The notes under the pieces were generated by a model, which was not told the DNA's origin, searched no databases, and was given only the letters and a program-made list of their open reading frames with translations. The translations under genes and the position numbers were made by a program. From the NCBI RefSeq assembly GCF_001194135.2, contig NC_068984.1, positions 23,607,616 through 23,671,615 on the forward strand: a stretch of DNA of 64,000 nucleotides, read 5' to 3'. Within the stretch, counting starts at the first letter, position 1. Each line of letters opens with the position of its first letter. Below are positions 24,701 to 40,089 of this stretch, piece after piece. Origin of the DNA: Octopus bimaculoides. Lineage: Eukaryota.

Positions 24701-27700
24701 TCAACTTTTATTTTACTTCCATCAACCTCCATTTTTTGAACTTCATTAACTGCAGAACTGTTTTGGCTTTCTGACTGTTGTCCATTTACATCCATTCCTT
24801 CATTACTTACCTCTTCATTTTCTTTCTTAGCAATCTTTGATGGTCTTACAAAATTTGACTCAATTAATTTCCGTTTACGTGCTCGCAGTTTAGCTGAAAC
24901 AGCTCGCAATCCGACAGTATCCATAGGAACCATGTTATAGACTCGTGTTGATCCAATCCACAACCATCCATGACAGCCAGTAATTCTGTACTCTTCTCCT
25001 TTTTGTTTCCAGACCTGAACAGAAACAATAAAACAAATATTGAAGTCCACATAAAATCATAGCTATTGACATGTAAGTAGTCATAGGGGCAGGTTGCCCA
25101 AAAGTTTATGAAGTGAAAAGTGAAAAGTACAATCATGAAGAGCCATAAGTTATAAATGGGCAATGTAGAGAGTAATAAGCTGAAGAATAAAGCTTAATGT
25201 AGAATGAAGGAGATAATCAAAGAGCCCAGGATTCACTGCTCATTAAACTATGAAGGGCAAATTGAGAAGGCATCGACCACTCTCTGACAGATTTGTGGTT
25301 GAACCTGTGGCAGAGGAGACCTCTGGCCTTCTTGGCTCCCAGACTACATCTCTTCTCACTGCTATTAAAGCAGGGATGGCTATCTGCAAGTGTGAGCTCC
25401 ATGAGTTGGAGTGGCTGTTCCAGCATGTCTCCCTCGCTCTCCACCAGGACCATGAAGCAGACTGATAAGTCTTATGTCTCCTAAATATGATGTCCATTAG
25501 CTCACCATTCACCAAAGAATCAAAGAGAAGACAAAATGGAAAAAAGACCAACAAGATAAGTTATATATAAAAAAAGAAAGAAAGAAAGAAAGAGAATGAG
25601 GAAACTGGTGGTGGTCCGTGTCAGCAAATATTATGTAGTGAACTTCAAGAGTTTGAGTTCAAATACCACAGGACTGATCCTTTATCTGTGAGTAAAGAGA
25701 TTCAAGCATTACTTTACAAGTAAACTGCCCACAAAAGATGATTTAAAAAAAATTATAAATGACCAGTTTAACTATGCTGGATGAGTTAATCAGGTTACAA
25801 AAATGCATATGTGTAAGCATCTTAATCCAACATTATCTGACATATAACACTTAAAGTAAGATTTTATTTCAAAAATTTTCACAAATTTATTTTCATTCTG
25901 GCCACCTTGTACTGACAGTTCAATGGGCTTATCAACCATATGATTAAAAACGGACCTAGCAATAAAAATACTAATGCAATTTTAAGAATCAACAGAAAAA
26001 AATCTTAGAAGGCAACAAAATAGTTTGCATAAACTTACTTGATGTTTGAGGCCTAAAGGATATTTAATCCAGACAAGCCTACTTGGGTCATCTTCCTCTT
26101 CTTTTCTTCTACGCTGTTCTTTTTCTCTTTTCTTCATCTCTTCTCGATCCATTGCAGTAATTTTTTGCAAACGATGATGTCCTACAATGAAAAGTATGAG
26201 GCTTTGTTAGGATTACATATTATTTTCTAAACTTTAAAGCAAATAAAAGCTTAAAGTTGCATGAATAAGAGACAGCAATTTGGTGAATGAGTAATTACTT
26301 AAAATGATTATCCATCTTAATATCAACCAACTGTGATGATGTGCATGCAATTTGACGAAAATTTGTGTTCATTATTGATAAGTGTAAGTCCAAACCAATT
26401 GTTGTATAAAGTTGGTTTAAGTTATAGCAACAACATATTCTTCAGAGAACCAAGACTAAATCATGAAATTGATTTTTCTTTCCAGAACTATAAACTATTT
26501 CAGCCTTGTCTAATACTGATAAATACATCTCTCATGGGAGGGTGTACTGATCATGCACATGCACATTCTGAATCATATACCTAAAATGATATGTGCATAA
26601 CAGATAAGCTTCCAACCACCAACATTTGATTAACATCAAGTATCCTCTTTTGGTCTCTTCTACCACAAATATAACAATAACTGCCTCTCTGAACTTATTG
26701 ACAACAAATAACTCAGACCTAAACACAAAGAATGTACTCAACTTTCAACTTCCTTCAGCCACTGCGTCACATTCCTCAAAATATGTGTTAAACATTTTCA
26801 TTAATCTTAATACAGAAGTGCATAACTCTGACACATTCCTTGCCTGTATTTTCCCTCCAATAAGAAACCAACATTAACTCAACTTACTTTTATCCTACCA
26901 AACAGTATAAAAGAGATTAAAAAAGTTTCAGCAATATTCTTCTCTCCTAGACTAATTGATAAAAAAACAAAATAGATATTTTGCCAGTAGTTGAACTTGA
27001 AAATGGAAATATTTATCAAGAGAAGTGAAGCATGGAAATTTCAATAATTCATTCAATTCCAATTTACTGTAGTGATTACTCCTATCTGGTGCTAACTTTT
27101 ATTTGCCGTGATCATTCATTAGATTTGTTTCTTTAACCAGCTTCTATCAACACCCTTAATAATTTAATCAAGTCAGTAGAGTTTTACAGTGATACAAGCA
27201 GATTTGTTTTATCACTAACATTTTTTTGACAATGTTAGTGGGCAATAGTACAAAGTTTTCAAAATATCTAATTGTGGTTTTGTAAAAAAAATTATTATTA
27301 ATAAAAAAAAAGTAAAATACTCACCAAGAGATTCAGTCCAGACAGGGTTAAAGAGCACTGGCTTGATACAAGCCTCAAGAATTGCTAGTGCCAATGCGAA
27401 GTCTTGTGGATTTTGACACATATGTACCGCTTTTTGCCAGTTTTGGCGATGTATTGCCCAATTAGGATGCAGGAATGGTGTAGGTAGATTGCTTTCCAAT
27501 TGTGTGATACTTAGCCTAAGTGTGGAAATAGTCAGTATACGGTTGCCATAAAGACTACCATTCCATTTAAACTCACTCACAGGAGTAAGACTAAACTTAT
27601 GTGACAAAAACCGTTTCTTATCTCTCTCCTCATTATGCTGATGCTTATTTAAAGCTAATGGATTACTACTATATTGATTAATAAATGACTTGTAATTGTT

Positions 27701-30700
27701 TTCCATTCCTGCAAGTAAAACAGAATAAAATTTCAGATGATGAGGATTCTATGCCACAGCAGAACTATAAAACTGTTTCTAGAACATCAGGATGTATACA
27801 ATGTTACATTTATGGTAGCTGTGAATTTATGTGCAATCAGATTACTTAAGACAGACTGATATAGAATAGCATTTAGAGAATTTACGAATAAAAGAAATAA
27901 TAATTAATTAACTAAAAACAAATTTATTAGATTTACAACAAAAAAAATAAGCAAATGCAGAATTCTAAAATACTTAAATCAGAAAAACATTAAAAAAGAG
28001 TTTACCTAATTTAAAATATCCTGAACAAGAGTTTACAGCACTAGATTTGCTGCGTGTAACCCTGGTAACTTCTCCTTCTTTATTAATTAGCAGGACATCA
28101 TCTGAGTTGGGAGTACGGCTAATCTTTAAAGAACCACTAGTGATAGAATCATTAAACTGCTTGGGCGTTAATGACCCTGTTTTAGAACGAGTTACAATTC
28201 TTCTAGTTTCTGAAAGAAGAACAACAGAACGGTAATAATTTAAATGATCACATTTTTTCTATTGTATGACAGTAGTATTAATTATAATAAATAAAAAAAA
28301 TAGGAATGACGATGATGATTCTTTCTATTGTTGGAGCAAGGCCTGAAATTATTTTTGGTGGGGTGGGTAGGAATTACATCATCCCAGTGCTCAACTGGTA
28401 CTTATTTTATCAACCCCAAAAGGCTGAAAGGTAAAGTCAATCTCAGCAGTATCTGAATTCAGAACATCAAACCAGAAGAAATGCTGCTAAACATTTAGTC
28501 CAGCATGGTAACGATTCTGCCAACTTGTTGTCTTTATAAATAAATAATAATAATCCTTTCTACTACAGGCACAAGGCCAGCAACTTTGGGGAAAGAGATA
28601 ACTCGATTACATCAACCCTAATACTTGACTAGTGCCTACTTCATCAACCCTGAAAGGATGAAAAGGGCAAAGTCGACCTCAGCGGTATATGATCTCAGAA
28701 CATAAAAACAGATAAAATGCTGCTAAGTATTGTGTATGGATTACTAGTTTAATGATAATAATTTCTACTAAAGGTACAAGGCCTGAAATTTTCGGGGAGA
28801 GAACTAGTTGGTTATATCAACCCTAGTGTTTAACTGGTACTTAATTTATCAACTCCGAAAGGATGAAAAGTAAAGTTGACCTAGGCAGAATTTGATAATA
28901 ATGATAATCATTTTACACTTGTAGTCCATGTTAGGTTGCAAGGGTCTGCTCACGTGGATGGGTCACAGGGTCCTTATCCTGCTTGCATTTCACTTTGGTT
29001 TCCATGGGTGGTTGCCCTTTCTAACACCAACCATTTTATAGAGTGTACTGGGGCTTTTTTATACCACCAGCAACAGAGAGGTGTTATGTCTTCAACAAGA
29101 CTCAGAGACCTTTGCAACCTCTGTCAACTATCCAACTCATGCCAGCATGGACAACAGACATTCAATGATGATGATGTTGATGACGATATATACATGTATA
29201 TATATATCTGTGTGTGTGTGTGCGCACGGAACAGAATAATATATTTAAAGAAATTTGAAATAGTTAACATTTTTTAAAAATCTGACTAAGAATAAGGAAA
29301 GAAACATTAAAATTTCACAGCTTTCTGAATTTCCAGACAGAGAGAAGTCTCAAACTGAAATGTAGGAGACAGTATTAAGTATTAAGTTATAAGCATCTTC
29401 AAACAAAATATTACCCGTTTCTGCTTTGTCTGCTTGCTTCTTATCCTCGTCATCAATAGAGTCTACAGGTCTTGGAGGAGCCATTGAGCCACTTAGGGAA
29501 TTAGAGGATAGTGAAGTACCAGAAGAAGTGACTGGTTCACTCTCTTTGGGTTGAACTGGTGCTAATGAGTTTGTTGAGAGCCCATCCACTGTACTTGTAG
29601 GAACGGTAAATGTAGATGAAGTGCAGGCTTCGGTGGAGTTGTTACCATGGCCAGATATTAGAGAATTCTGAAATTAGACAAATACAAGTAACCCTTTAAT
29701 TTTTAAGATTTTATTACAATTTATTAACCTTTTTGATATGAACCCATCACTGGGTCTGTATATAAAACTGACTGGGTTTTTAATGTTCATATTTAAATCA
29801 AAACTTCTCGTCATAATTTTAGATAAATAAAATATACTAATTAATGAAAATGTTATTTTACTAAATCCTTTCAAATTCTTGATTATTTGAACAATTAATA
29901 GGAACATGTGTATGAAGTAATTTGATTAGAAAAATGATCCCAAAATACTTCAGGAAACCCAATTAATGCCAATCAAGAGTGAACCATAAACAATCAGACA
30001 TCTTTATATCATATGTATAGCTATCAGTAAAAAAGACCATGAAATACTGATTTATTCCATAGGTACAGAGTCCCGGATTTACAAAAGACAGAAATGAAAG
30101 TATCCTGTTCATACTTTTCCTGAAGGTGTAAAAAGCATCACTGGAGGGAAATGAACGCAACAAAGAATCCTCTAAACAACAGTCTTCAATTATAGCCTTG
30201 TAAGTGAAATTGGATAAATGAATACTATATGCGGAAACCTGTCAGACAGGCTATTCCTACTCTTCAGTGGTAGACAATCCATTGATCAGTTTCACACCAT
30301 CAACTGATTCTTGGATACCTTCATCAGAGTCCTCTCTGTTACAAGCATTCAGACTAAATTTCCATAAAGAGAAGTGTCTGTGGCTCCACTTTACCCTCAT
30401 CAGTCTCCAAGGCCCTGAACAAAGGCCATAGGACTGGTTCTTCATCATAGGGCTAAGTTATAAAAACAATGTTTAATACTTCATTGGAAGGAAATTTTAA
30501 ACTGAACGTTTTGATAGTCACCACTGAGAGAAGTAAAGAAACGTTGATTTCTTTTCAATAATCACAAGCCAGTTGGATCAAACCCAATATATTACTGGTA
30601 CATAGTTTATTGGTCCTAAGTCAATCAATCTCTGCTGCATTTGCACTCAGAATGTTGAGCTGAAACTAATGTAATTGAATATTTCTGTCAACTTGAAAGA

Positions 30701-32224
30701 AGCAAAGAAATACTTAAGGGTAAAAGACTTAATCCAACATCCTTGCTCAACACCATCATCTAGTCATGGATGCCTTTAGCAGAGTTTGCTCTCCTGCAAG
30801 AATTTGAAGCAGTTCTTGGTCTGAGCATAACTTGAGTTATATACACAATGATTGCTATTTCATCTAACAAACTTTATAGAATAAAAAAGTAAAAAAAAAA
30901 AAATTTAAATTCTGAACATGATTTTGGTACCTCTTGAGCAAAAGACGGCATCTGTGAATTCACTATTTGTTGTGAATTTTCCTGAGAGTCACCACCACTT
31001 TCTTGACGCAGCTTTTCCTCTTCTCTTTTCCTTATTTCTTCCTCTTCTCGAGCTTTCCTTTCAGCTTCTTCTTGAGCCCTTTTAGCTATTTTCTCAGCTT
31101 GTATTTTCAAACAAGTTGCTAAACGACAACCAAATGAAACAGTGACAGTATTCGAAAGCCAGTGCATATACTGACATAGTAATTAAAGACAAAAGCAAAT
31201 GTTAGCTATATCAAGGTTTATGAATCTAAACTAATATTACTTAATTCATAATTAGATCCAGAGCTGTATAACTCTAAGGTAAACTTGACTATGGCAGGAT
31301 TTGCACTCAGAATGTAAAGACCCACAAGGAAAACTGCAAGGCATTATGCTCTAACTATTCTGCCAATCCACTAACTTTAGTAACTGTTTACATATGCACA
31401 AGGTCAGAAATTTAGAGGGAGGGTAACAGTCAATTATATCACCTCACCCCCCAGTACTTGACTGGTACTTTATTTTATCGACCCCAAAACTATAAAAACA
31501 AAGTTGGCATCAGCACAATTTGAACTCAGAATGCCAAGAATCAAAACAAATATGTTCAAGCATTTTGTCCAACACTATACCAATCCTGCCAATCCACAAC
31601 CCTAATAATCCTTTCTACTAAAGGCACAAGGCCTGAAATTTGGGAGAAGGGACTACTTGATTACATCAACCCCCCAGTGTTTCAATGGTACTTAATTTAT
31701 CAACCCTGAAAGGATAAAAGGTAAAGATGACCTCAGCAGGAATTTGGACTCAGAATGTAGTGACTCAAAGAAGTAAAAGATAAAAGATAATAATAATACC
31801 ATTTTCAATTTCTAAAACAGATTTTTTGCTTCCTTTCGCAGAATTGGTGAGATCTTCAGTCAAATTCATCTGTTTTAGGATTTCTTCCTTCATATCTTCA
31901 AGAGCCATAACTAGCTCTGCTTCAAACTCATTTCTGTCAAGGCAGTCAATTAATTCCTCTAGTTCAGCCTTTGTGCTATAATACCAGGACTGACTGTCTT
32001 TCTCACTGTTAATAAAAATCATTGCTTAGTAATCTCATTTAAGAAGGAAGAAAAATAGAAAGCTGAAATACCTAACACCAGACTGAAAAAATCAAGAGAG
32101 ACATTTATGCATACATATTTAATGCTTTAAAAATTATTTAACGTTTTCAATTTGCAAACCAAATACATTTTAGTCAGTGAATATACAACATATGACAAAA
32201 TTATTTTGAAGGTCATTTTATATA

Positions 32225-32267
<43 letters not shown>

Positions 32268-32778
32268 NNNNNNNNNNNNNNNNNNNNNNNNNNNNNNNNN
32301 NNNNNNNNNNNNNNNNNNNNNNNNNNNNNNNNNNNNNNNNNNNNNNNNNNNNNNNNNNNNNNNNNNNNNNNNNNNNNNNNNNNNNNNNNNNNNNNNNNNN
32401 NNNNNNNNNNNNNNNNNNNNNNNNNNNNNNNNNNNNNNNNNNNNNNNNNNNNNNNNNNNNNNNNNNNNNNNNNNNNNNNNNNNNNNTGTAACTTACACGA
32501 TCATTCTACGAATTAGGAACCAATAATTTCGCCCATGCCTATCATAACCAATAGGTTCATGTCGACATAGTAAGCCACTGCGTTCTGATTCAGAGAGGCA
32601 ATCAGTCAGCCCTTTCACCTAAAAAAGAAGAAAATTAGATAATAAATGATAACCACAATGATATCGTTTGACCAAAGGCAAGGATAGTTTTAGAGAGAAG
32701 AGATGTATGTTCAACAAAACTGAGATGAATATTGAAAAGTCTAGCAGGGTTTGGTCTTAAAACAATGTAGCACCTATG

Positions 32779-32829
<51 letters not shown>

Positions 32830-35800
32830 TAGAGTCTATGAGCTGACAGTCATATTGACTTCATGACTTCTACTACTTAATGAGATATTACAAGCCCCCT
32901 TTTGAAATAAATTTGCAAACTGTTTCACATAAAAATAATTGCATGTCATTTTTGTTTCTAAACAAGAATTTATAACAGCTAATTACAATATTTAAAAAAA
33001 GAAAAAAGAAAACTGTAAAATAAAAATACTCAAGGTACTGATAGGCTTCTAACAATAATTGGTGTTCAATATAATTCATATGGTATGACACTAAATCATT
33101 TGTTCTCAACCCCCCCCCACTTTTTTTTTTTCAATTTAGAAGCACTTTGGAGACAAAATAGAAAATTAATGGCACACTTCACATGAAAACTTAATAGAAA
33201 ATTGTTTGGAAGCAAAAAAAATTTAAATAACATGTTTTTTTAAAACAGACAAAGCTTTCTAAAGCCTTAAATTATATTTTCAAAAATGTTCAGCTAATTA
33301 ATGTACCTCAATTTCACTTAATGCAACAATGTGCTGAGGTACACTGACAACTGCTACACTAAATAAATACATCCAGTTTCTATCACTCTTTCATGAGTCA
33401 TACCCTCCTTGAAAGTTACAGTGGATATGATGACATGTTAGAAACAGCAGTTAAGTTTCCTTCCAATCTTAAAATAAATGCACCCTTTTAAAGCCTAGCC
33501 AGGCTCATGGGCCCGGTTTCCCGGTTTCGATGGCGTATGTGTTCCCCAGCTGGATGGGACGCCAGTCCATCACAGCGTTACTCATTTTTGCCAGCTGAGT
33601 GGACTGGAGCAACATGAAATGAAGTGTTTTGCTCAAGAACACAACGTGTCGCCCAGTCCAGGAATCGAAACCACAATCTTACGATTATGGTGTTGACACC
33701 CTAACCACTAAGCCACACGCCTCCACCTTCCAATCTTACTCTAGTCTTAAAAAGAAAGCATACATTAAATCATGTGGCCCTAGATACACTGTGACTGAAA
33801 AATACAAAAGATAAGTTGGTCACAGTTGAAATGCCTTCAGTCATAAAAATACTCGAGCAGCTGTTTCTACAGCTGGATGTCCTTCCTAATGCCAACCACT
33901 CTGAGAGTATAGTGGGTGCTTTTTACAACAATAAGACTTATATTTCATGAACACTAATAATTTTAATTTGGAAATTTTGACAACTACTTTAGTTTAAAAT
34001 TTTTAAAAGAATTAATAGAAATATATGGTCAATATTAAATTAAGGAAGAGATGAAAAGAAAACTATGGAAGATTCTAAATGGAATTAAATTAAAAGACTG
34101 TAAAAAGTAAAAAATAAAACTAGAATTCTACAGTATTAATAACTGAATATTAACAAATGAAAGCTGTAATTTTTTTTTTTATGAAATGACTATAAAAGAA
34201 AATTATAAGAAACTAATAACTTGGTTCCATATTTTCTATTTCATATTTAATTCAAGAGTCTACCATTAATTTGTAAAATAACATAATTTGATTCACTGAT
34301 AACAGCATTTCATTGTACCTTTTAAATGGTGATAATGCATAGAAATATCAAGCTCACTGACCATAGTATCTCAATGGATAAGTTCTGAGAAAGATCATAT
34401 ATCATACATCATTGCTGATTTAACAATTATTCCATATTATTATAATGATTTCTAAATTGGGTATGAGGCCACAAATGTGGGTGGAGGGAACAGTTGATGA
34501 AATCAACACAAGTTCGTGACTGATATTTTATTTAATCATATTACATATCCTGTGCTGGTGGCACTTAAAAAGCACCATTCGAGCATGGTCGTTGCCAGTG
34601 CAGCTTGACTGGTCCTTGTGCCAGTGGCACACAAAAAGCACCCACTATACTCTCAGAGTGATTGGCGTTAGGAAGAGCATCCATCTGTAGAAACATTGCC
34701 AGATCAGATTGGAGCCTAGTGCAGCCTTCTGGCTTGCCAGTCGTCAGTCAAATCATCCAACCCATGCCAGCATGGAAAGCAGACATTAAACGATGATGAT
34801 GATGATTACTCAGGGTTTAATAAAATATTCTAATGATATCTTAGAAAATTATTATAATGTTAGATTTATAAAATTTAAAAAAAAGTGTATCACTAACTTG
34901 ATGAGCTTTGCATACACTGCATAACCAATCATCCTCAGGAACCTCTTGAAGAGGTGGGTCAACACAGCTTAAATGGTATACAGCAGGGCAGGTTTCACAG
35001 CAGAGAAGATCACCCAGTCTACAATAACAGGGAGCAGGAGAAAAATAAAACAACTGAACAAGGTTAGCAGGTCAATGTATTGATATACAAAACAACAATT
35101 TGCAATAAACTGAAAAATGACAGAGATTATCCCATTTCACTGTTGAAATACACTATAAAACATATCACATTTTATAACATAAGTATATGAGGAATGACAG
35201 TGAGTCTGATGAAAGAAAAAAAGATATATAGAAAGTAAAGCTTATTTATATTAAGACAAAGTTGTGTTTTTCTGTAGATTTATCATTGTCTTTCTTATAT
35301 AAGAGAAAGATCTTCCTTTGAAACAAACTTTTTCTGTTACTTCACTATACTATAAAACATGTATTGTTTTCTTTTTTACAATAAAATATTTAGAAAATAT
35401 TCATAAGAGTATACAGCAGCTAATAAAAAAGAAATAGAATTTGTATATAAGAAACTTAAAACAAAGATGTTTTCACTATTTTATTTTTTTATTATTGAAA
35501 ATAAATTTGCTTTTGATTTTTTTATATCTAAAATTGAACTACTAAGGTGTTATTTGATAAAAGCACCAACATAAAGAATATATTCTGCCAAGGCTTTTTG
35601 ATTACTTTTCCTTCATCTGTGGGAGCCTCACAAAATAGCATTCCCTAAATTTCTAGGGCACCAAAAAGGTCAGTTCACATAACTGTCTGTCTTTCAATAT
35701 TTCATCTATGACCTTTTCAAGTCTGACTTCACTTATTTTTGTCTGACAGCCCTTCTGTAATCACTATTCTTTCAAAGTACTCCAGTTCCTACTACAGCAA

Positions 35801-38800
35801 AATCTAGACTCAAATCAGATGTAAATACAATTATTTCCAAGTACATTGAACCTATATTATCAAATAACCACTCTTTCAACTAAAGCTAAATTCATTTAAC
35901 AATAAGTATGCAACTCTAAACCATATCACAGTAGTTTATTTTGTCTAAAAGAGAAAGAGTATTGCCTATAGACTGCAAGAGCCTTTTCAAATAAAAGGAA
36001 AACAATGGGTGGATAAGATTGGTGTGGATGATGAAAAGACCAAAGATTTTTGTTATGTAAGAAGAGTTAGAATGGGGGAAAAACTTATAGGGCAGTGATT
36101 CTTGGAATAAAAGACTCAAGATGATGTTTAACACACAGCTCAGAAAGAAACAGTAAATGAGTGATAAGAGAAACAATATAAATAGCAAGGAGTAATATAT
36201 GACATTAATTTGAGGCAGGATTCAGATATCAAATTCTGGAAAGCATCAGCTATTGAAAAATGAATAAGGCAGGCCAAGTTCATAATAAAAAAATATTTGT
36301 CAAAAACTTTGTTAATTACATAGTGTCTTTACTGCTCACATTTGTGAACTGTATATTGGTGTTTATATGCAGCAAGAAGAGCCAAGACACTAAAAAAAGT
36401 GTAATAGCAACAGACACAATACATCACTAATGATGATTGTCTTCAATACATTTTCAACTTGGCCACCTGTAATTCCATATGGAATTTAATCAAGCTTATT
36501 TCTTCAGAGAAGTTCAATTTGTTGTTTGTCTCCTCAGTATTTTTTTTATATATGAAATGTCTTTCGGTTATTTCTGATTCTTTAACTTCTAAGTACTCTA
36601 GAATTGAGTAAAAATTATAAATTCTTGAACCTCAACTTCCTATATTGATATTACCACTTGTTATTTCACTGTTGAATGTATAAAGATTTTAATGAGAACA
36701 ATTTGAAGATTTAGGGCTAACAAATATGCAACAGTTATCAATGAGAACCACAGTTCCTTAAAGGTATATATATACAAAATATAAATTTAAAGCTAACAAA
36801 AATCTTTCAAAGAGTTATGTATGCTACCCTCTAGTAGCAGTCCTGAACTAATCATGGATCCTTACAAACAGATTAGAAGAGAAGAAGCTTCATAACAATA
36901 GTTAAAGAAAAGATATACATATATAACAGCAGATAAGCAATGAGCACGAATCTTTAAATGTTAAGAGCAATGAAAGGATTGTTAGTAGATGAGAACATAT
37001 GGATCCATAATTATAGTTAAGGACAAAACTGCACCTTTAAAACAGATAAGACCAATTGGATCACCTTTAGTGGAAATGAAAGGGGAAATTTTTTTTTTCC
37101 GTCTGAGCATATGATAAAACATGTTCATGATCTTTGTATAGGAAGATGGCAGTAAATATGTAATGTAGATACTTCAATTTCAATACTTATTGTCAAAATT
37201 ACTTACCTTAAAAAGTTAATCAGGCAACCTATTAGATATATCATATAATATACCAGACATTATAAACATATCTTACCATCTGATAAAAATCTAAAAGACA
37301 TAATCTACCATGTTAGATCTATCTTATCTCATACATGAATATAAATTAGATGATACACAGTTGTACAATTGGAGAAATGAAGCTGGATGAAATGCATATG
37401 ATACACAACTGCACAACACATCGTTGCATGATACAACATACAAAATAGTACAACACATAATTTTACAAAATAGATATGACAATACATAAATGATGATGAA
37501 TATGCATGACACAATACTAATTTGAAATATACATACAATAGAAACCTATTGAATACACATACAAACAAATGTAACCTAGTAAACATGCCATATAGAGGTG
37601 CCAAACAAAATACAACCAAACTATCAAGCACATATCCCATCTAACATACAAAACTACCTTGCACACATCTCACATACAGAATATTACTATCACTTTCATC
37701 TAAATTTATTAAGTGTAAAGGATAAAAATAAAACTTTAAACAAGTATGAAAACAAAATTAGTAAATTGCTTGAAACAAATTACTAATTTAAATGCTAATT
37801 TATTACATTTGTCATATTAATAACAATTTTACTATATATAAACATTAAACTATATATAAACAATTGCAGTGTGGAAGGTGTTTATAAGCCATTTAAAATA
37901 ACACACAAAAAACGTTAGATTCACTTCAACATTTAAATTTAATTTGTCAAAATATTTTCGTTGCTTTGAGACGTGAATCTAACTGTTTTTGTGTGTTATT
38001 TTAAATGGCTTATAAACACCTTCCACGCTGCAATTATTTTCGTTCCAGCACACAATCTCAGATCAGGTCACTTGCTTTGCAAGTACATCTCCATAAACTA
38101 TATATATAGTATATGTTTATATATAATTTTACTAAATTATAATGCATGTGGATATATCCCTGAACACTTACCATTTATAAATGTAAATGAAGTATATACT
38201 AACTGAACTTTACAGAAGCATGTAAGCACACACTCACATAAACACATCTAATACAGTTATTCATTCATAAATATACTGTGTCAATTTTTTTTTTTATAAT
38301 GCATAGAAAATAATATACAAATGTTATGTATACTTTCATGAATACATTGTCACTTTTCATAACACACAAACATAATCCTACCATAGCATTCACATTCATG
38401 AATAAACTAAATGTCACATTTTACAAAACACACACATACACAAACCTACATAAACAATTACAAAATTAAAAGATGCTTAAACAAATGATCAAATTACAAA
38501 TGAAACAGAAAAATAAATATAAATCTCTTCCCAAAATCAAATATTTTTTAGATGACAATAACAAAACATATTAGGTGAATTTAAAGCCATTGTTAAGTCT
38601 GTTAACCCTATATGGATGAATCAAGTTGATCACATATCATCCATATAACATTACTGAATTAATGTTAGTAGCTATAGAAGACATATTGGCTACGACATAT
38701 CACACACACACATATACACACAAACACATAGACACCATGCAGGTGTGAAGGTATATTTTGTTCTTTTTTCCCCGACAGCATCTATGCATGCATTTATATA

Positions 38801-40050
38801 GTCTGTTGATATGCATGCATATGCAATGCATTAACTGCCTAAAGTAATGAATGAAGTTAGATCTATGAATACAGTTTAGTTATCAAACATACAGCTATGT
38901 GTATGTGTGTGTATGTGAAAGAATTTAGTTACTGGAAATACTGAAGAGACTATTGCAAGCATGAAGGATTGTTGATTTAAATTCCAGGCATTATATACAT
39001 TAAGCTGCCACCAAGAGAAATAGAGAGAGAATGTGGAGAAGAATGCTTACAGAGTATTATATAGGCATATGAGAAATCATACAGAAGGTCTGGTTTGTTA
39101 TACATAAACTATCCACAGTGAGAGAGGGAAACATTATGAAGAAAATCTATTTTGCTCTAGTTGACCTTTTCCCTAAATAATGACATATACTAGATGAGAC
39201 TAAAAACATTGAAAAAATATGATCCTAGCCCTCTATTCTTTGTTAACTCTCACCCCACCCCCCCATAACCAATTATTTTGCAACACTACAGTGATCTGAC
39301 CATTTATTGTTATACCTCAGTTTCCTGAACTCGTGTATTCTATTATCTCTCAATAATTCAAACCCTCATCATTTCTTCATATCCCCCATCACTCTAGACC
39401 ATCAGATTCTTTGTATGCCAATCTATTTTATGATACCCAGTTGCTCCAGCCCACAACTACTTATTTAGTTCCTTAGTAACAACTCATTTATTCTGTAATA
39501 TATCTCACATCACCATTTCATGATACATTACTCAGTTTAAGCTCATCTATTCAGTGGTTAACTGCATCAACTGACAACCTCTATATTATATTAATACCAC
39601 AGTAGCTGCAGCCTATCTGTTCTGTGATTAATTACATGGCTCAAGTTCATCTATTTCATAATAACTATCTACCATAGATGATGACATAAAATATGCAAGG
39701 GCACACTAGACACACCCCAATTTCAGCAGTGCATATTGAGGCAAAAAAAGTTGTTAATGCACTGAAGCTTATGCAAGGCCCAACTTTGCAAACAGGACCT
39801 AGGGAGATATTTTAGAGATATTTTCTTTTGGAAAAAAGTGTGTCTTATGCATCATCAGATGTGTTATTTTGTGATACTAAAAATTTCAGCTCATCTAATA
39901 TCCTAATACCTTTCTTTTTAACATGACCAATCTAACTATTTTAGTTTATATCACTGCTACCCCTTCATGCATACAATCCCAATGAACAGAAATTTGATCA
40001 GATATTCTCAATATCTAAAACTGATTAATCCATGGCCAATCTATTTTGGC

Positions 40051-40089
<39 letters not shown>

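Noticed and set aside
30257-30448. Acidic ORF ([14 protein letters not shown]) as an extra BPTF exon, or its CTGATGA as a hammerhead core
   Set aside because: Available acceptors are not phase 0 in the open frame, and no GAAA follows a helix II.
36300-38900. Strand-skewed, 3'UTR-like sequence in intron 1 as a possible alternative terminal exon
   Set aside because: No convincing acceptor, coding segment or poly(A) signal could be singled out without RNA data.
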